A stretch of 64,000 nucleotides of DNA from Haliotis rubra (taxonomy: Eukaryota), in assembly GCF_003918875.1 (NCBI RefSeq), contig NW_025765814.1, positions 1,116,001-1,180,000 of the forward strand, read 5' to 3'. The translations under genes were made by a program, and so were the position numbers. The notes under the pieces were generated by a model. It saw only the letters and a program-made list of their open reading frames with translations. It was not told where the DNA came from and did not search any database. Below are positions 38,158 through 50,772 of this stretch, piece by piece (positions within the stretch are counted from its first letter, which is position 1; each line of letters starts with the position of its first letter).

Positions 38158-38325
38158 GGGGCGTTGGGGTAGCCTAGTGGTTAAAGCGTTCGCTCATCGC
38201 GCCGAAGACCTGGGTTCGATTCCCCACACGGGTACAATGTGTGAAGCCCATTTCTGGCGTCCCCCGTCATGATATTGCTGAAATATATTGCTAAAAGCGG
38301 CGTAAAACCATACTCACTCATTCAC
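38158..38325 (+). mobile_element. tRNA-derived SINE family A
   Basis: GTAGCCTAGTGG A box, GGTTCGATTCC B box, ACTC tail. Confidence 0.85.
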
Positions 38326-39075
38326 TCTTCCTAACAAACAGAGCTCTACATTCAGTAAGCGAAATATAGCATCACCACTGGCGAAATACAGCAACAACAC
38401 TGGCGAAATACAGCACCAACACTGATTGACCGTCAGCTTCGAACAGTTTAGTTGTCATTTTAACTGTTGTGGCCATCTTACACTTATTACAGACTGGTGT
38501 GGAAATAAATCATGTCAATGAATATTTAAGAAAAATCCGTAGCACAAAAAGACGATGAAATGTAAGTTATAAGGAAATCGACAGACACTTTGATTTTATG
38601 GTAAAGCAGGATAAGAAAGTTATCTTTCAAAAAGATGCTTTGCATTGTCCTTAACCGGAAAATGTATAACTCAAGAGTGAAATGAATCCAAGGCTTCTTG
38701 AGATGGTGACCTAATAGTTGTAGTGTATGATGAAGTAGGCCTGGGTCCAATCTTTGAATTTGCTGGAACATTGCTAACAGCGACGTAATATACTCAATCA
38801 CTCACAGAACTAGTGTTAAATATTATACCGTACTGGATACTGCATCTATCTTACTATAACCTGCATACTTTGTATGTAACTCGGTGTAACATTATGTCGT
38901 CTGCAAAGTCAACGCCCAGTAAGGCGTGAGGTCTACCACAGAATTAAAATAGAGCAGGTGCGCGTTTTGGGATAACGACGGAGTTACCTCCCTTGAAATT
39001 CTCATGATTTGAAGATTCTGTTTGTTGAACTTGGAGACGAGTGAGTTGTTTACGAATCTCGACAAGGGAAGGACG

Positions 39076-42000
39076 ATGGGCACCAACGGAACTGTGATAC
39101 CTACCACAAACACATCTGCAGCCAAACACCGGTGGAAAATACTCGCAAGAGTGAGACAGTGTTTTATTGTTTCCAAATGCCTTTTTTTGCATAAATCCAA
39201 CACGTTTTCACTAGTAGCCACAATTTACTTATCTTGAACCGTTTACTGACTTGAGTAAAACTACTGCCAGTTGAACAGCACACAATCGCGATATTTTGCT
39301 GAATTCCAGAAATATAGGAAATAAAGGGAAAAACTATATTCCAAATGTCATTTCATATGTATAGTTCCTGCAGATGCGTGTGATATTGTTTATGCCATTT
39401 TTCCCACATGATTATTTGGTGATTAGTTTCCGGAAAACTATGTGGTAGGACATTTGCTCATTGGTACTTGGGTCAGATGGTCCACAGTTGGACCTGGGTA
39501 CCAACATGACATCCCTGACCAGTTATTATTAATGTGATCTATTGTTCAGTGACAATATTAGTATAACTCTATACTTTAATGGGAAAGATTTCCACCCGTA
39601 ACTCCTCTATTTGTAAATCATTCTATGCCTAAGAATATAGGCCTATGGTTTTTGTAAAAAGCCTAAGCCTAAACCCTAAACCCTAACCCCTCGAAATAAT
39701 CGTAATAAATAAAATACATTTCAAGTGGGGGTTATGGGTGGAACACTTACCCTTTTATGTGTTGGTTGTTTATGTGTTCAGGTATCTTTTGGAATATTGA
39801 TCAACCTCTGGTAACATCATGTGTAATTTTGTTACCTTGATCCAGGCTCTGGTTGGTGACCGATCAAGTGACCCAGATGACCGGATATTCTCAGTACGAA
39901 GGTTCCAGTGCTTCGGCCTGTTCCAGTCCAAAGTTGTTGAAGACAGGAGTTCTGATGCTGACTGGTTCACGTACACATCTCATGATTTTGAAAAACTAAA
40001 CTTAATCATCAGGTAAATTGTGTCATGTCATCACTGTTTGCCGCCCATTTCTGGTGTCCCCTGCCGTGATATTGCTGGAATATTGCTAAAAGCGGCATAA
40101 AACCACACTCACTCACTGTTTGTCGCTTGCTTCCAAAACTTGACTGTACACAGAGTAGCAGAGCACTCCAATAGTAAGAGCACAGTCAGAGCAAACTGGA
40201 CCGCATCCGTGGTGTAGTGGTTAGAGCGTCCGCCCGGAGAGCGGAAGGTCGCGGGTTCGATCCCCGATCGCCTCATACCAAAAGACATTAAAATATGTTA
40301 CTTGTTGGTCCCTGCCTGGCGCTCGGCATTAATGGGTACAAGAAGGACTGGTCGGCTCGGAGTCAGTATAATGTGTCTGAGTGGGGTATTCATGCTTCAC
40401 TGCGGCATGGTATCTCAGTGAGCTAGCACTATAAAACCAGCATAAGTCTGGGCTAGTACAATCAGCCGCACATACACATTCACACGCATGCACGTCGTCA
40501 TATGAGCGAAATATTCTCAAGCACGACGTTAAACCCAATTTCACCTCACCTCAGAGCAAACTGGGATTTGAACCCACAGTCTTAGGTGTCTGGTGTGCCT
40601 AAGGGATGTAACTCTGCATAATGTATGAATTGGCCACTTGTGCCCCAAAATTAGCTGGAATGTTGCCGAAAATTGGAATATTTTGGTATGAAATAAAATT
40701 TGTTTATCAACCCAGATTGTTTAGTATGATCATTCAGCTACAATTTTATAGTGATATTTTTAATTTTGCCTGGAGACGCAAAAGTGATTTTCATAATATG
40801 TCAATTGTATATTTAGATAGATTGACACATAGGTTTATTCATATCAAGAGTTGAGTAGTATAAATGAAAGGTTTTGTGGATTCCAATTTAATGACAAAAG
40901 ACTCTTTCTTCAGACAACTGCGAGCTGAGAGTACGGTGAAGCTAGATTCTCTTCTTGGATTTAACAACACAGGCAATATATGTAAGTTGTCATTCAGAAA
41001 GCACATAATACAGTCTCATTCTTCATTTTTGTTCACAGATATATATTACTTGGTCATTAAATACAGTAGATCAATTCAAACATTGAAAACATTTGTTAAT
41101 ATTTTATCAGCTTTTGGGGACTAATATTTTGCTAATATTTTGGAAAACCTAAATTGAACTTGAAAATAGATAGACCCAGCTAAGTCACAGGTGACAAAAT
41201 GAAAAGGTGACATTTAGTTTGGATTTTTTGTTCTGTTGATCTTAGAAAACAATTAATAAAAAATATATTACATAGGCAGATCCAGAGGGGGCTGCAGGGG
41301 TTCGCACCCCACCCCCCAATCCCCTTTGTCCGTAAAGTTTATTGAATGACCATTGAAACTCACGTGAAGTGTGCACCCCCACTTTCTCAAAAAGCTGTAT
41401 CCGCCCCTGTATTATATAACTAAATGAAACAGTGATTATTTTACTGTCTATGGTACATTTCCCCACCCAACCCCCATAACCCCTGCCTCCACACCCCAAA
41501 GGCCTTTCTTAAAGATTAGCCTCTTATTGCCAATATGTGAGTTGTAACTGTTTGTTCTTTGATAGGTATCTGGCCTTCTGAAGAAGTTATGACACATCAC
41601 TGTCTCAAGGATGTAAACTGGTTTAGGTAAGAGATATCCCCCAGGTTAGAACTCATTATGTACTACTGGCAAACGAGGATACGTTGAGCACCGACCTGAC
41701 AATTGACCTGTGTTAGCATGTATGAGTGCCGCATACTGGCGCTTGCCATTGTTAGCGAAGGGGACGCAGGTTGTCTGCGATCAAGTTTAGTGCGGCTTGC
41801 TACACCGACGTGAGAGTCTTATGAGCAAGGCGTGTGCAGCTATGCGCAGAATCAATTTCATCGTCATGCAATGCACCTGCACTAGACTACCTCTGCTCTA
41901 CATTTTCACAAACCAAATTGGTTTGCTTGTAAGCGCATTCTCTGCTTCGGTCCAACTTATCCTTGTTTGTCAGTAGGACACTTTTGATAGTGATGTTTGT

Positions 42001-45000
42001 ATCTTGCATTGATAGCCCAAACTGATTGTCATCCGATGTAAAGTATATATTTAGATAGAATTACATAACTTGTTTTTCCTATCTTATGTTGAGTATTATA
42101 TGATTATATAGACAGGTACATGATCAACATGAATTAATTAAGGAAAAATGGCTGAAATAGACAGAAAGTAAGTAGCATTTGTCTTCCTTTTGTTGAGTTG
42201 CTGAAGTTTTGCTGATGTGGCATAATTTGGTTATTCCTGTTCCAGGAATAAAAGTGTTATAGAACTCGGAGGAGGGATGACATGCCTGGCAGGTATGGCT
42301 GTAAGTAGAATCTCAGATATGGCAAACAAGTTTATGCCCGTGTTGACCTTTTTAATATTTCAACATTGCTATGTCAGTGTTTAAAACTTCATACTTCACT
42401 GACACTGAAATGCCTCAGATGTAGGAGATGAGGAGATTCATGTATACATGATACAGAGACTTATATTGACATGTGTTTAATTGCAGGTGGCTGCTTGCAC
42501 TGAAGCGTCTTGTGTTGTGCTCACGGATGGTAATGGAGACTCGGTTACAAGTGAGTTGAACTTAGTTTTGTTTGTTTCTCTGTTTGTTGTTTAACGCCGC
42601 ACTCAGCAATATTCCAGCTATATGGCATCGGTCTGTAAATAACTGAGTTTGGACCAGACACTCCAGTGATCAACAGCATGAGCATTGATCATTGTGTCAA
42701 CCAAGTCAGCGAGCCTGACCACCCAATCCTGTTAGTTGCCTTTTTATGACACGCATGGGTTGCTGAAGACCAATCCTAACCCGGATCTTCACGGGTCTCT
42801 ACTTACTGCACTACTTACTATATTTTAGATATAAATAGTCTTCTTACGTATCTTCATTTTGTTTAAAGTAGAAGTATTTGCTTGGAATGAATTCCAACTG
42901 TAATTTATTGAGAATACATATGTGCCACATCAAGATATATAATTATGTATATGGATGGTTCAGCAACTAAATATACCTCGAGGCAAAAATGTAATCATGT
43001 GTTTTGAAGCACCTAACATCAAGTACACTGTTAAGGTCTTAAGGTGGGTCCCTTTTGCTTTTGAAGAGTGCAGTGTTAAACCATTGCATTTAACATTCAA
43101 AGCCAAATGGGCAATTTATGACTGTCATGATCAATAAACTTGATAACCTGACAAGATCATAGTTGGTTTTGTTGAAGAGGTAGTCTTATATTTTTTTATA
43201 CTTTGTGCTACATTTTGAGAAAGATTTTTCTCTTATTCCTTAATCTATGAAAAGTATTAGTTCTAGTTTAAGTGTTGTCACAAGTCTTTAGTTTCATTAT
43301 TTTGCTGTGTCCCTATGGTAAGTTTATTTTCCTTTCGGTTTAGATCTAGACTTGATGATCAGTGAGAACAAGGACAGCTTTGGTACCACGACCGTGTCTT
43401 CCAGGTACTGTGGCCATTATGACAGGTTACATTCATCATTGCAGTTGTCATGGCAACTAAGTCCATCAGTAAAGCTGGCATGACAGGTTAAGTCCATTAG
43501 TGCAGCTGTCATGGCATCAGTGTCCATTAGTGCAGCTGTCATGGCAACTGGGTCCATTAGTGCAGCTGTCATGGCAACTGTGTCCATTAGTGCAGCCGTC
43601 ATGACAACTGTGTCCATTAGTGCAGCTGTCATGGCAACTGGGTCCATTGGTGCAGCTGTCATGACAACTGGGTCCATTAGTGCAGCTGTCATGACAACTG
43701 GGTCCATTAGTGCAGCTGCCATGGCAACTGGGTCCATTAGTGCAGCTGTCATGTCAACTGGGTCCATTAGTGCAGTAAGTGTGGACTTACACATTTTATG
43801 CCTACTGCATTTTTGTGTATTTCATCCTGTCTTATTGATTCTCTCACTGAAACACACTGTGGATTCAAGCTGTCTTGAAATTAACAGTTGTTGATATTAT
43901 TAGAATGAACAAGGAATGTTTGGTCTGCATTGATGTTGTGATTAGAAGACCACATTAAGAATTGTTTGGTGGTGCGTTAAGCTCAGGACAATATTGTTCG
44001 TCTTGTTTTGTTGTATCCATGGCAAACTTCTTACTTCCATAATGGTTTATCCAGGTTACTCCGCTGGGGCCCAGACGAGGCAGCTAAAGATCTGGAGGAC
44101 AGATTCGACTGTGTACTTTGTGCTGACTGGTAAGGGTGTTGATATATCAAGCCATAAAATAGGTCCATTACAAAGCAATTACTTCAGATTTGAAATTAGG
44201 CCACATCATACATTTTATGTTTGTGACCACAATCATGTCAACACCATGGCTGATTTTATCATTGGTGCCAGCTAGGTTGAAAACAGTGCCTTACTTGCCT
44301 GTGACTGGTCTAGTGGAGAGAGTATCCGCCAGGATGGTGGGTGTCAAGGGTTTAATGCCTGGCCATCTGATACGGAAGATGTTATAAGGTGGGTGTCAAG
44401 GGTGTAATCCCTGGTCATCTGATACAGAAGATGTTATAAGGTGGGTGTCAAGGGTTTAATCCCTGGTCATCTGATACAGAAGATGTTATAAGGTGGGTGT
44501 CAAGGGTTTAATCCCTGGTCATCTGATACGAAAGATGTGATAAGGTGGGTGTCAAGGGTTTAATCCCTGGCCATCTGATACGGAAGATGTTATAAGGTGG
44601 GTGTCAAGAGTTTAATCCCTGGCCATCTGATACAAAGATGTTATAAGGTGGGTGTCAAGGGTTTAATCCCTGGTCATCTGATACGGAAGATGTGATAAGG
44701 TGGGTGTCAAGGGTTTAATCCCTGGCCATCTGATAATCGAGGAAGATGTTATAAGGTGGGTGTCAAGAGTTTAATCCTGGCCATCTGATACAAAGATGTT
44801 ATAAGGTGGGTGTCAAGGGTTTAATCCTGGTCATCTGATACGGAAGATGTTATAAGGTGGGTGTCAAGGGTTTAATCCCTGGTCATCTGATCGAGGAAGA
44901 TGTTATAAGGTGGGTTGTCATAAGGGGTTTAATCCCTGGCTCTGATACAATCTGGAAAGATGTTATAAGGTGGGTGTCAAAATGTTAGATGTTATAAGGT

Positions 45001-47233
45001 GGGTGTCAAGGGTTTAATCCCTGGTCATCTGATACTGAAAAGATGTTATAAGGTGGGTGTCAAGGGTTTAATCCCTGGCCATCTGATCCCTGGTCACTGA
45101 AGAAGATGTTATAAGGTGGGTGTCAAGGGTTTAATCCCTGGTCATCTGATCTGAAAAGATGTTATAAGGTGGGTGTCAAGGGTTTAATCCCTGGTCATCT
45201 GATCATCTGGAAGATGTTATAAGGTGGGTGTCAAGGGTTTAATCCCTGGCCATCTGATACGGAAGATGTGATAAGGTGGGTGTCAAGGGTTTAATCCCTG
45301 GTCATCTGATACGGAAGATGTTATAAGGTGGGTGTCAAGGGTTTAATCCCTGGTCATCTGATACGGAAGATGTTATAAGGTGGGTGTCAAGGGTGTAATT
45401 CCTGGCCATCTGATACGGAAGATGTGATAAGGTGGGTGTCAAGGGTTTAATCCTGGTCATCTGATAAGATGGAAGATGTTATAAGGTGGGTGTCAAGGGT
45501 TTTAATCCTGGTCATCTGATACGGAAGATGTTATAAGGTGGGTGTCGAGGGTTTAATCCCTGGTCATCTGATACGGAAGATGTTATAAGGTGGGTGTCGA
45601 GGGTTTAATCCCTGGTCATCTGATACGGAAGATGTTATAAGGTGGGTGTCTAGGGTTTAATCCCTGGTCATCTGATACGGAAGATGTTATAAGGTGGGTG
45701 TCAAGGGTTTAATCCCTGGTCATCTGATAAGGAAGATGTTATAAGGTGGGTGTCAAGGGTTTAATCCCTGGCCATCTGATAGCGAAGATGTTATAAGGTG
45801 GTACTTGTTGTATCACTGCCTGGTGCTCAACATTAAGTGGAATAAACAACGCCAGGTCAGCTTTGAGTCAGTATACTACATCTGAGATGGGTATGCATGC
45901 TGCATGGTATCTCAGTAGCACCTCACTTCATCTTCTTCACATGCAAGCAGGTGAAGGGAAGAACATCTGACAAAAGGACTTTATAAAAAACAACATGCTT
46001 ACAGTACATGTTATATCTTGTGTCTTGTTTACATTTTCACTGTTACCATATTTATGTATGCTCATCTGTGAAACAATCTAGAAGTTTTATCAGATAAATT
46101 ACAAGATTCCTGATGAGAAGCTATTTATAAGCAAATTTTAGGGTGAAGTTTTGGGGCTTCTTTGCAAAACATCCAATTTCCATTCTTTTTCAGTTTTTTC
46201 TTTGACGAGGGTCGCAGTGACCTTGTTGGTCTGGTGTATTCCTTGCTCCGCCCTGGGGGTCAGGCTGTGATGTTTGCTCCTCACAGGGGACCAACGTTAC
46301 AGGCATTTGTTGATCTTGCCTCGGACAAGTTTGATATCACAGTTGCAGATAATTACGATGACAAAATCTGGCAGTTACATCAACAGGTAACCTTGTAACT
46401 ATGTGTCAAAATAATGCATAATAATCCTTGGATTTGTTATTTGTTTTAAATCTCAGATGTCGTCTTCATCAGTTATAATGTCAGTGAATATTCTATTGCA
46501 TGTTTCTACAATGTGAAAGGACATCAGTGATGTTCAGGTATGTCTATCAAAAGAATATTTTTAGTTTAAGTTTTATGTTTTATGAGAGCATTAGAGAGTG
46601 ATTAAGTGAGTTCATTATTTGCCAGTTTTAGCAATATTCAAGGGAGAACATTAATGTCTCAAGTACTGTGATAAGTGAAGAGCTGATGCAGATTGATGAT
46701 GCAAGTAAGCATGGAAATCACTTTACAATGATGCCCTGTTAATCTGTACTGATCTGTATTAACAGTTATTGTGTAAATGCTTGCCACATCATTCATGAGA
46801 TGCTCCCCTTCATGCTATGAAGTCTCGTGAGATTATTGTGAATTTCATGAGACTTGTACCTGTAATAAATAAAATAGTGACGTGTGTGTCTATTGAGCTA
46901 GTTTTGCTTGAATCTCCAAATTTAAGTTTATATATATTTTGGAGTGGATTATAATACTTTGTCCTGAAATATTGATCAGATAAACAAATTTCCCAGATTA
47001 AAGAAACATTGAAACTATGAAGTACACCTTTGTATGATACACATACTTGCAATTGTTCAGAAGCTTCAGTTCCAGACTACTTAGGTAAGATTTGCTGGTT
47101 TACAGTGCATCTTGACACAACCATAGAATGAAAGAAAGATTTGTTGCAGATGAAACTGAAAGGCCATGGAGAATACGACGAGAACCTGCACTACCCAGTG
47201 TCTGTATTACTGAAGAAGACTGGATCTTCCTGA
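39076..47233 (+). CDS. CAMKMT: Calmodulin-lysine N-methyltransferase, 10 coding exons
   Basis: Exons 39076-39150, 39846-40012, 40914-40981, 41566-41626, 42246-42300, 42487-42550, 43344-43404, 44055-44129, 46194-46386, 47150-47233, phases consistent. Motifs RWKIL, SVRRF, FNNTGNICIWPSEE, ELGGGMTCLAG, LTDGN, LRW, CADC, FAPHRG and YDENLHYP. Confidence 0.93.
40200..40552 (+). mobile_element. SINE family C copy in CAMKMT intron 2
   Basis: Highly similar to 33204-33560; target duplication CAGAGCAAACTGG. Confidence 0.85.
41272..41410. mobile_element. Short MITE of the CAGGGGCGGATCCAG type
   Basis: Ends CATAGGCAGATCCAG / CTGTATCCGCCCCTG. Confidence 0.6.
42565..42797 (-). mobile_element. Retroposon family B copy in a CAMKMT intron
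   Basis: Starts GACCCGTGAAGATCCGGGTTAG on the minus strand; AAAC tail. Confidence 0.82.
43440..43775. repeat. 30-bp minisatellite in CAMKMT intron 7
   Basis: Unit GTCCATTAGTGCAGCTGTCATGGCAACTGG, about 10-11 copies. Confidence 0.93.
44336..45800. repeat. 52-bp minisatellite (~28 copies) expanded inside a family-C SINE
   Basis: Unit GGTGGGTGTCAAGGGTTTAATCCCTGGTCATCTGATACGGAAGATGTTATAA. SINE head lies to the left (~44300) and SINE body to the right (to ~45925). Confidence 0.93.
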
Positions 47234-47925
47234 TGTTGACTGATGTGCAACCACAGACTTACCTCCCCTGTCTGAATAACTTACACTTGCCAGTATCAGT
47301 GTGGCTGGAGAAAACTGGATCATATTTCATGGTCTCATGTGCAACCACAGACTTACCTCCCCTGTCTGAATAACTTACACTTGCCAGTATCAGTGTGGCT
47401 GGAGAAAACTGGATCATATTTCATGGTCTCATGTGCAACCACAGACTTACCTCCCCTGTCTGTAGACTTACACTTACCAGTATCAGTGTGGCTGGAGAAA
47501 ACTGGATCATATTTCATGGTCTCGTGTGTAACCACATACTAACCTCCCCTGTCTGAAGACTTACACTTACCAGTATCAGTGTGGCTGGAGAAAACTGGAT
47601 CATATTTCATGGTCTCGTGTGTAACCACATACTTACCTCCCCTGTCTGAAGACTTACACTTGCCAGTATCAGCGTGGCTGGAGAAAACTGGATCATATTT
47701 CATGGTCTCGTGTGTAACCACATACTTACCTCCCCTGTCTGAAGACTTACACTTACCAGTATCAGTGTGGCTGGAGAAAACTGGATCATATTTCAAGGTC
47801 TCGTGTGTAACCACATACTTACCTCCCCAGTCATGTGACCTACAATACTTAGTATCCGTGTTGCTGGAAAAGACATCTTCTTAATACTGACTGATGTGTA
47901 CCCTCAGACTTACCTCCCCTGTCAT
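47183..47925 (+). repeat. 93-95-bp tandem repeat (8 units) derived from the CAMKMT C-terminal codons and proximal 3' UTR
   Basis: Units start at 47183, 47278, 47372, 47465, 47558, 47651, 47744 and 47837. Confidence 0.9.
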
Positions 47926-50356
47926 GTGCAGGATGTGATATCCAAGTATCTAACTGCCCTTGTCACAGCTGCCTTGTTTACTAATGCCTTCATGCCTGTA
48001 CATACAAACACCCAGGGCTTCAGGTCCTGTGAGTCATTGTCCATCCTTCCATAAGTCCATTGTGGTGCCTGGATGAAAAGACTGTTTCCTTGGAGACCAC
48101 TGAGTGATATTGTTAGTTTGTTCATGTTTTAATGTCACACTTAGTATTGTTATTCTATGTGACAACAGTCTGTAAGTAATTGTGTCTGTGCCAGATGATC
48201 CAGTGATTGACGTCATGAGCACCAGTCTTCACTATTGACAGGCTTCAACAAAATCAGCAAGCCTGACCACCTGATCCTGTTAGTCTTCTCTTACAACAAT
48301 TCATACTGCAGTCTACACTGCAAGGTTGCGTCAGCTAACCTTTGAGCGACCTATGACCGACCAATGACCGTCCAATCAAACGCGAGATGGCCAAACGGAT
48401 TTAACCAATCAGACAACGACTACTTGTTTGGGTTCGACGGGACTTACAAAACGTTTTTTGGATTTTCTCTTCCCTGGTCGCTGACACTGATCTATCAACA
48501 AACGAAAATCCGCATAAAACACAGATATTTGACCTGCAGTATATACGCTTATGGGTTTCTAATGACATGGTTACTATTTGCTTATATTTTTGCAAGATGA
48601 CATCCTTGAGTATTGACAAAAACACTATTTTAAGCGACTGTTTACTCATTGCGTGGATCACTCGGAAGCAATCGTGCGGAAAATAGCATTCGGAATCATT
48701 CGAGTTTTTTAGGTAAAGGTTCAAACGGTAATGTTAACTTTCGTGATTTGGTAAGCAGTGTTGTGATTGGTCAGTCCAAAAGAGCTGACGTGACCTTCTA
48801 CTAGGTTTTGTTAGACTCAGTATAGCAGTGTAACAAATAATACTGAGCCTAAGTTTACTTAGACTGAGTGAAACTGTCACTGCAGAGGAAGCTGCACGGG
48901 TTTGCTTTCATGTGCAATAATACGTCTTGTAGCATCATCCATTATCATGGGAGATGAATAGTGAAATGCTACTCTTGTTCAATGAAAATGTGAATGAGGA
49001 TTGACATGTTTACGGGTGTACATGAACACAGCACCATCTGAAGTAAACATAAGTTCTACAGAAGGCTGTAGGAGAGAAATGTCATCTCATATTCTGAACT
49101 GTACAGTCACACCTCATAAGTAAAGTGATTTGTCAGTGGATGAATCATCTACCTCAGATACAGGGTGTTTGGTTGTGTGTAAATTGACTCTGTATGTTGT
49201 GTGAAGCGTGATGTTCTGATGAGAGGATGGTTGCATATGTCATTCCCTGTATTTTACCCACAATGCAAATGTGATAATGTGTTAACGTTCCCATATTTGT
49301 ACATATGTATTTTAGCGAGTCTTGATGCTGATTGGCCGGTTGAAGCCATCATTCACCACAGTTCTTCGCTTTTGAGAAGTCATCAGTTGCCCTTGATCTC
49401 ACAAATTCATTATATGACATCAACTGAACAAAAGACTCTCTTCAAATTTATCCATACAACTCTATAGTGTCCACATTCCATGCCTATTTCTTCATTTTCT
49501 TGCCTGAAAGGTCAGTGGGTAATGAAGAGAATAACCTCAGAGTTATAACCTCACTGACTAAATACTGTCCCTCTCCATTTATTCACCTCGGACAGATAAT
49601 TCAATGTTTCCTTGAACTCTCTGGTCTACCTGTACCCTGTCCAGATGGACACTTCAACCAGTGAACCCATGACCCTCTCTCCAACTGTCTTTTGTGATGA
49701 AGAAATAAACTGCCTGTGATTCTGTGGTATTTGATTGGTTCACCAAGTTATTTTTTGTTCATGTTTCCAGAATTATTGTTGGGACAAACCTTACCGACTT
49801 ACCGATAGTTTAGTGAAGTGAGAAATATGGATGTACATTATTAATTAGTGGAGTCATTTTCATAAACCATGTAAGCTAAACGTAAGAATGTTTAAAATTA
49901 CTCTCAAGCACGGGTCAGATAACTCCTGGAGTACATGCAAAATATGGCTGAAATAAAAGATATATGAAACGAAACACGTCTGTAATTTTTCACTTCGCTA
50001 GTTTTATCTTTACCAGTACCATCCAATGGCCATTTCTGGTGTTCCCCGCCATGATATTGCTGGAATATTGCTAAAAGCAGCGAAATCTAAACTCACTCAC
50101 TCACTCACCATCCGATGCCAAGTGTACTCTTAAGTGAACCCAGTACTATTTTAGGCTGTCTGTGCTATTGTGTACATCGGGTCAGGGCACAAGGAACCTT
50201 GGTGTTGGGGTGAAATTATCTGAGTTGACTCCCTTTGTTGCCAGGATCTGCTAGAGTGGTTATCCAGCGTTGATTGCGAACTAAGAACTAATATCGGTCA
50301 ACTCCCCTCCAGGTGTAGTTAAAATAACATGCTCTGTCTAGTGGATAGTATGCTTA

Positions 50357-50526
50357 GGGGGCGGTGGGGTAGTCTAGTGGTTAAAGCGTTGGTTCGTCAC
50401 GCTGAAGACCCGTGTTCGAATCCCCACATGGGTACAATGAGTGAAGCCCATTTCTGGTGTCCCCCGCCGTGATATTGCTGGAATATTGCTAAAAGCGGCG
50501 TAAAACCAAACTCAGTCAGTCAATCA
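50357..50526 (+). mobile_element. tRNA-derived SINE family A
   Basis: A and B boxes plus body. Further partial or degenerate copies at about 5598-5722, 23180-23340, 40024-40095 and 50030-50106. Confidence 0.85.
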
Positions 50527-50547
50527 GTATGCCTGGAGAGAGTGTAT

Positions 50548-50772
50548 GTTGGTTTGGTTTGTTGTTTAACGCTGCACTCAGCAATATTTTAGCTCTATGG
50601 CGGCGGTCTTACAATCTACTGGTCAGACAATCCGTGATCAACAGCATGAGCATCTATCTACGTAACTGGGATACGATGACATGTGTCAACCAAGTCAGCG
50701 AGCCTGACCACCCTGTCCCGTTAGTCGCCTCTCACGACAAGCATGGGTTACTGAAGACCAATTCTAACCCAG
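50548..50772 (-). mobile_element. Retroposon family B copy
   Basis: Same body; near-identical flanks TGGAGAG(A/T)GTGTA. Confidence 0.8.

Noticed and set aside
37760-39030. Possible small gene divergent from CAMKMT (minus-strand ATG AGA ATT TCA AGG GAG/gtaac near 39000; hydrophobic frame near 37830-37990)
   Set aside because: I could not join these into a stop-free spliced ORF and recognised no homology; RNA-seq would be needed.
39660-39690. Interstitial telomere sequence
   Set aside because: Only a few degenerate CCCTAA units inside a short inverted-repeat element (about 39581-39753); most likely part of that repeat.
43417-43894. Ala/Met/Thr-rich repeat ORFs on both strands
   Set aside because: Translation of a 30-bp intronic minisatellite.
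44336-45800. CRISPR-like array (also 56776-57490 and 62362-63210)
   Set aside because: Head-to-tail units with no unique spacers, no cas genes, and a eukaryotic context.
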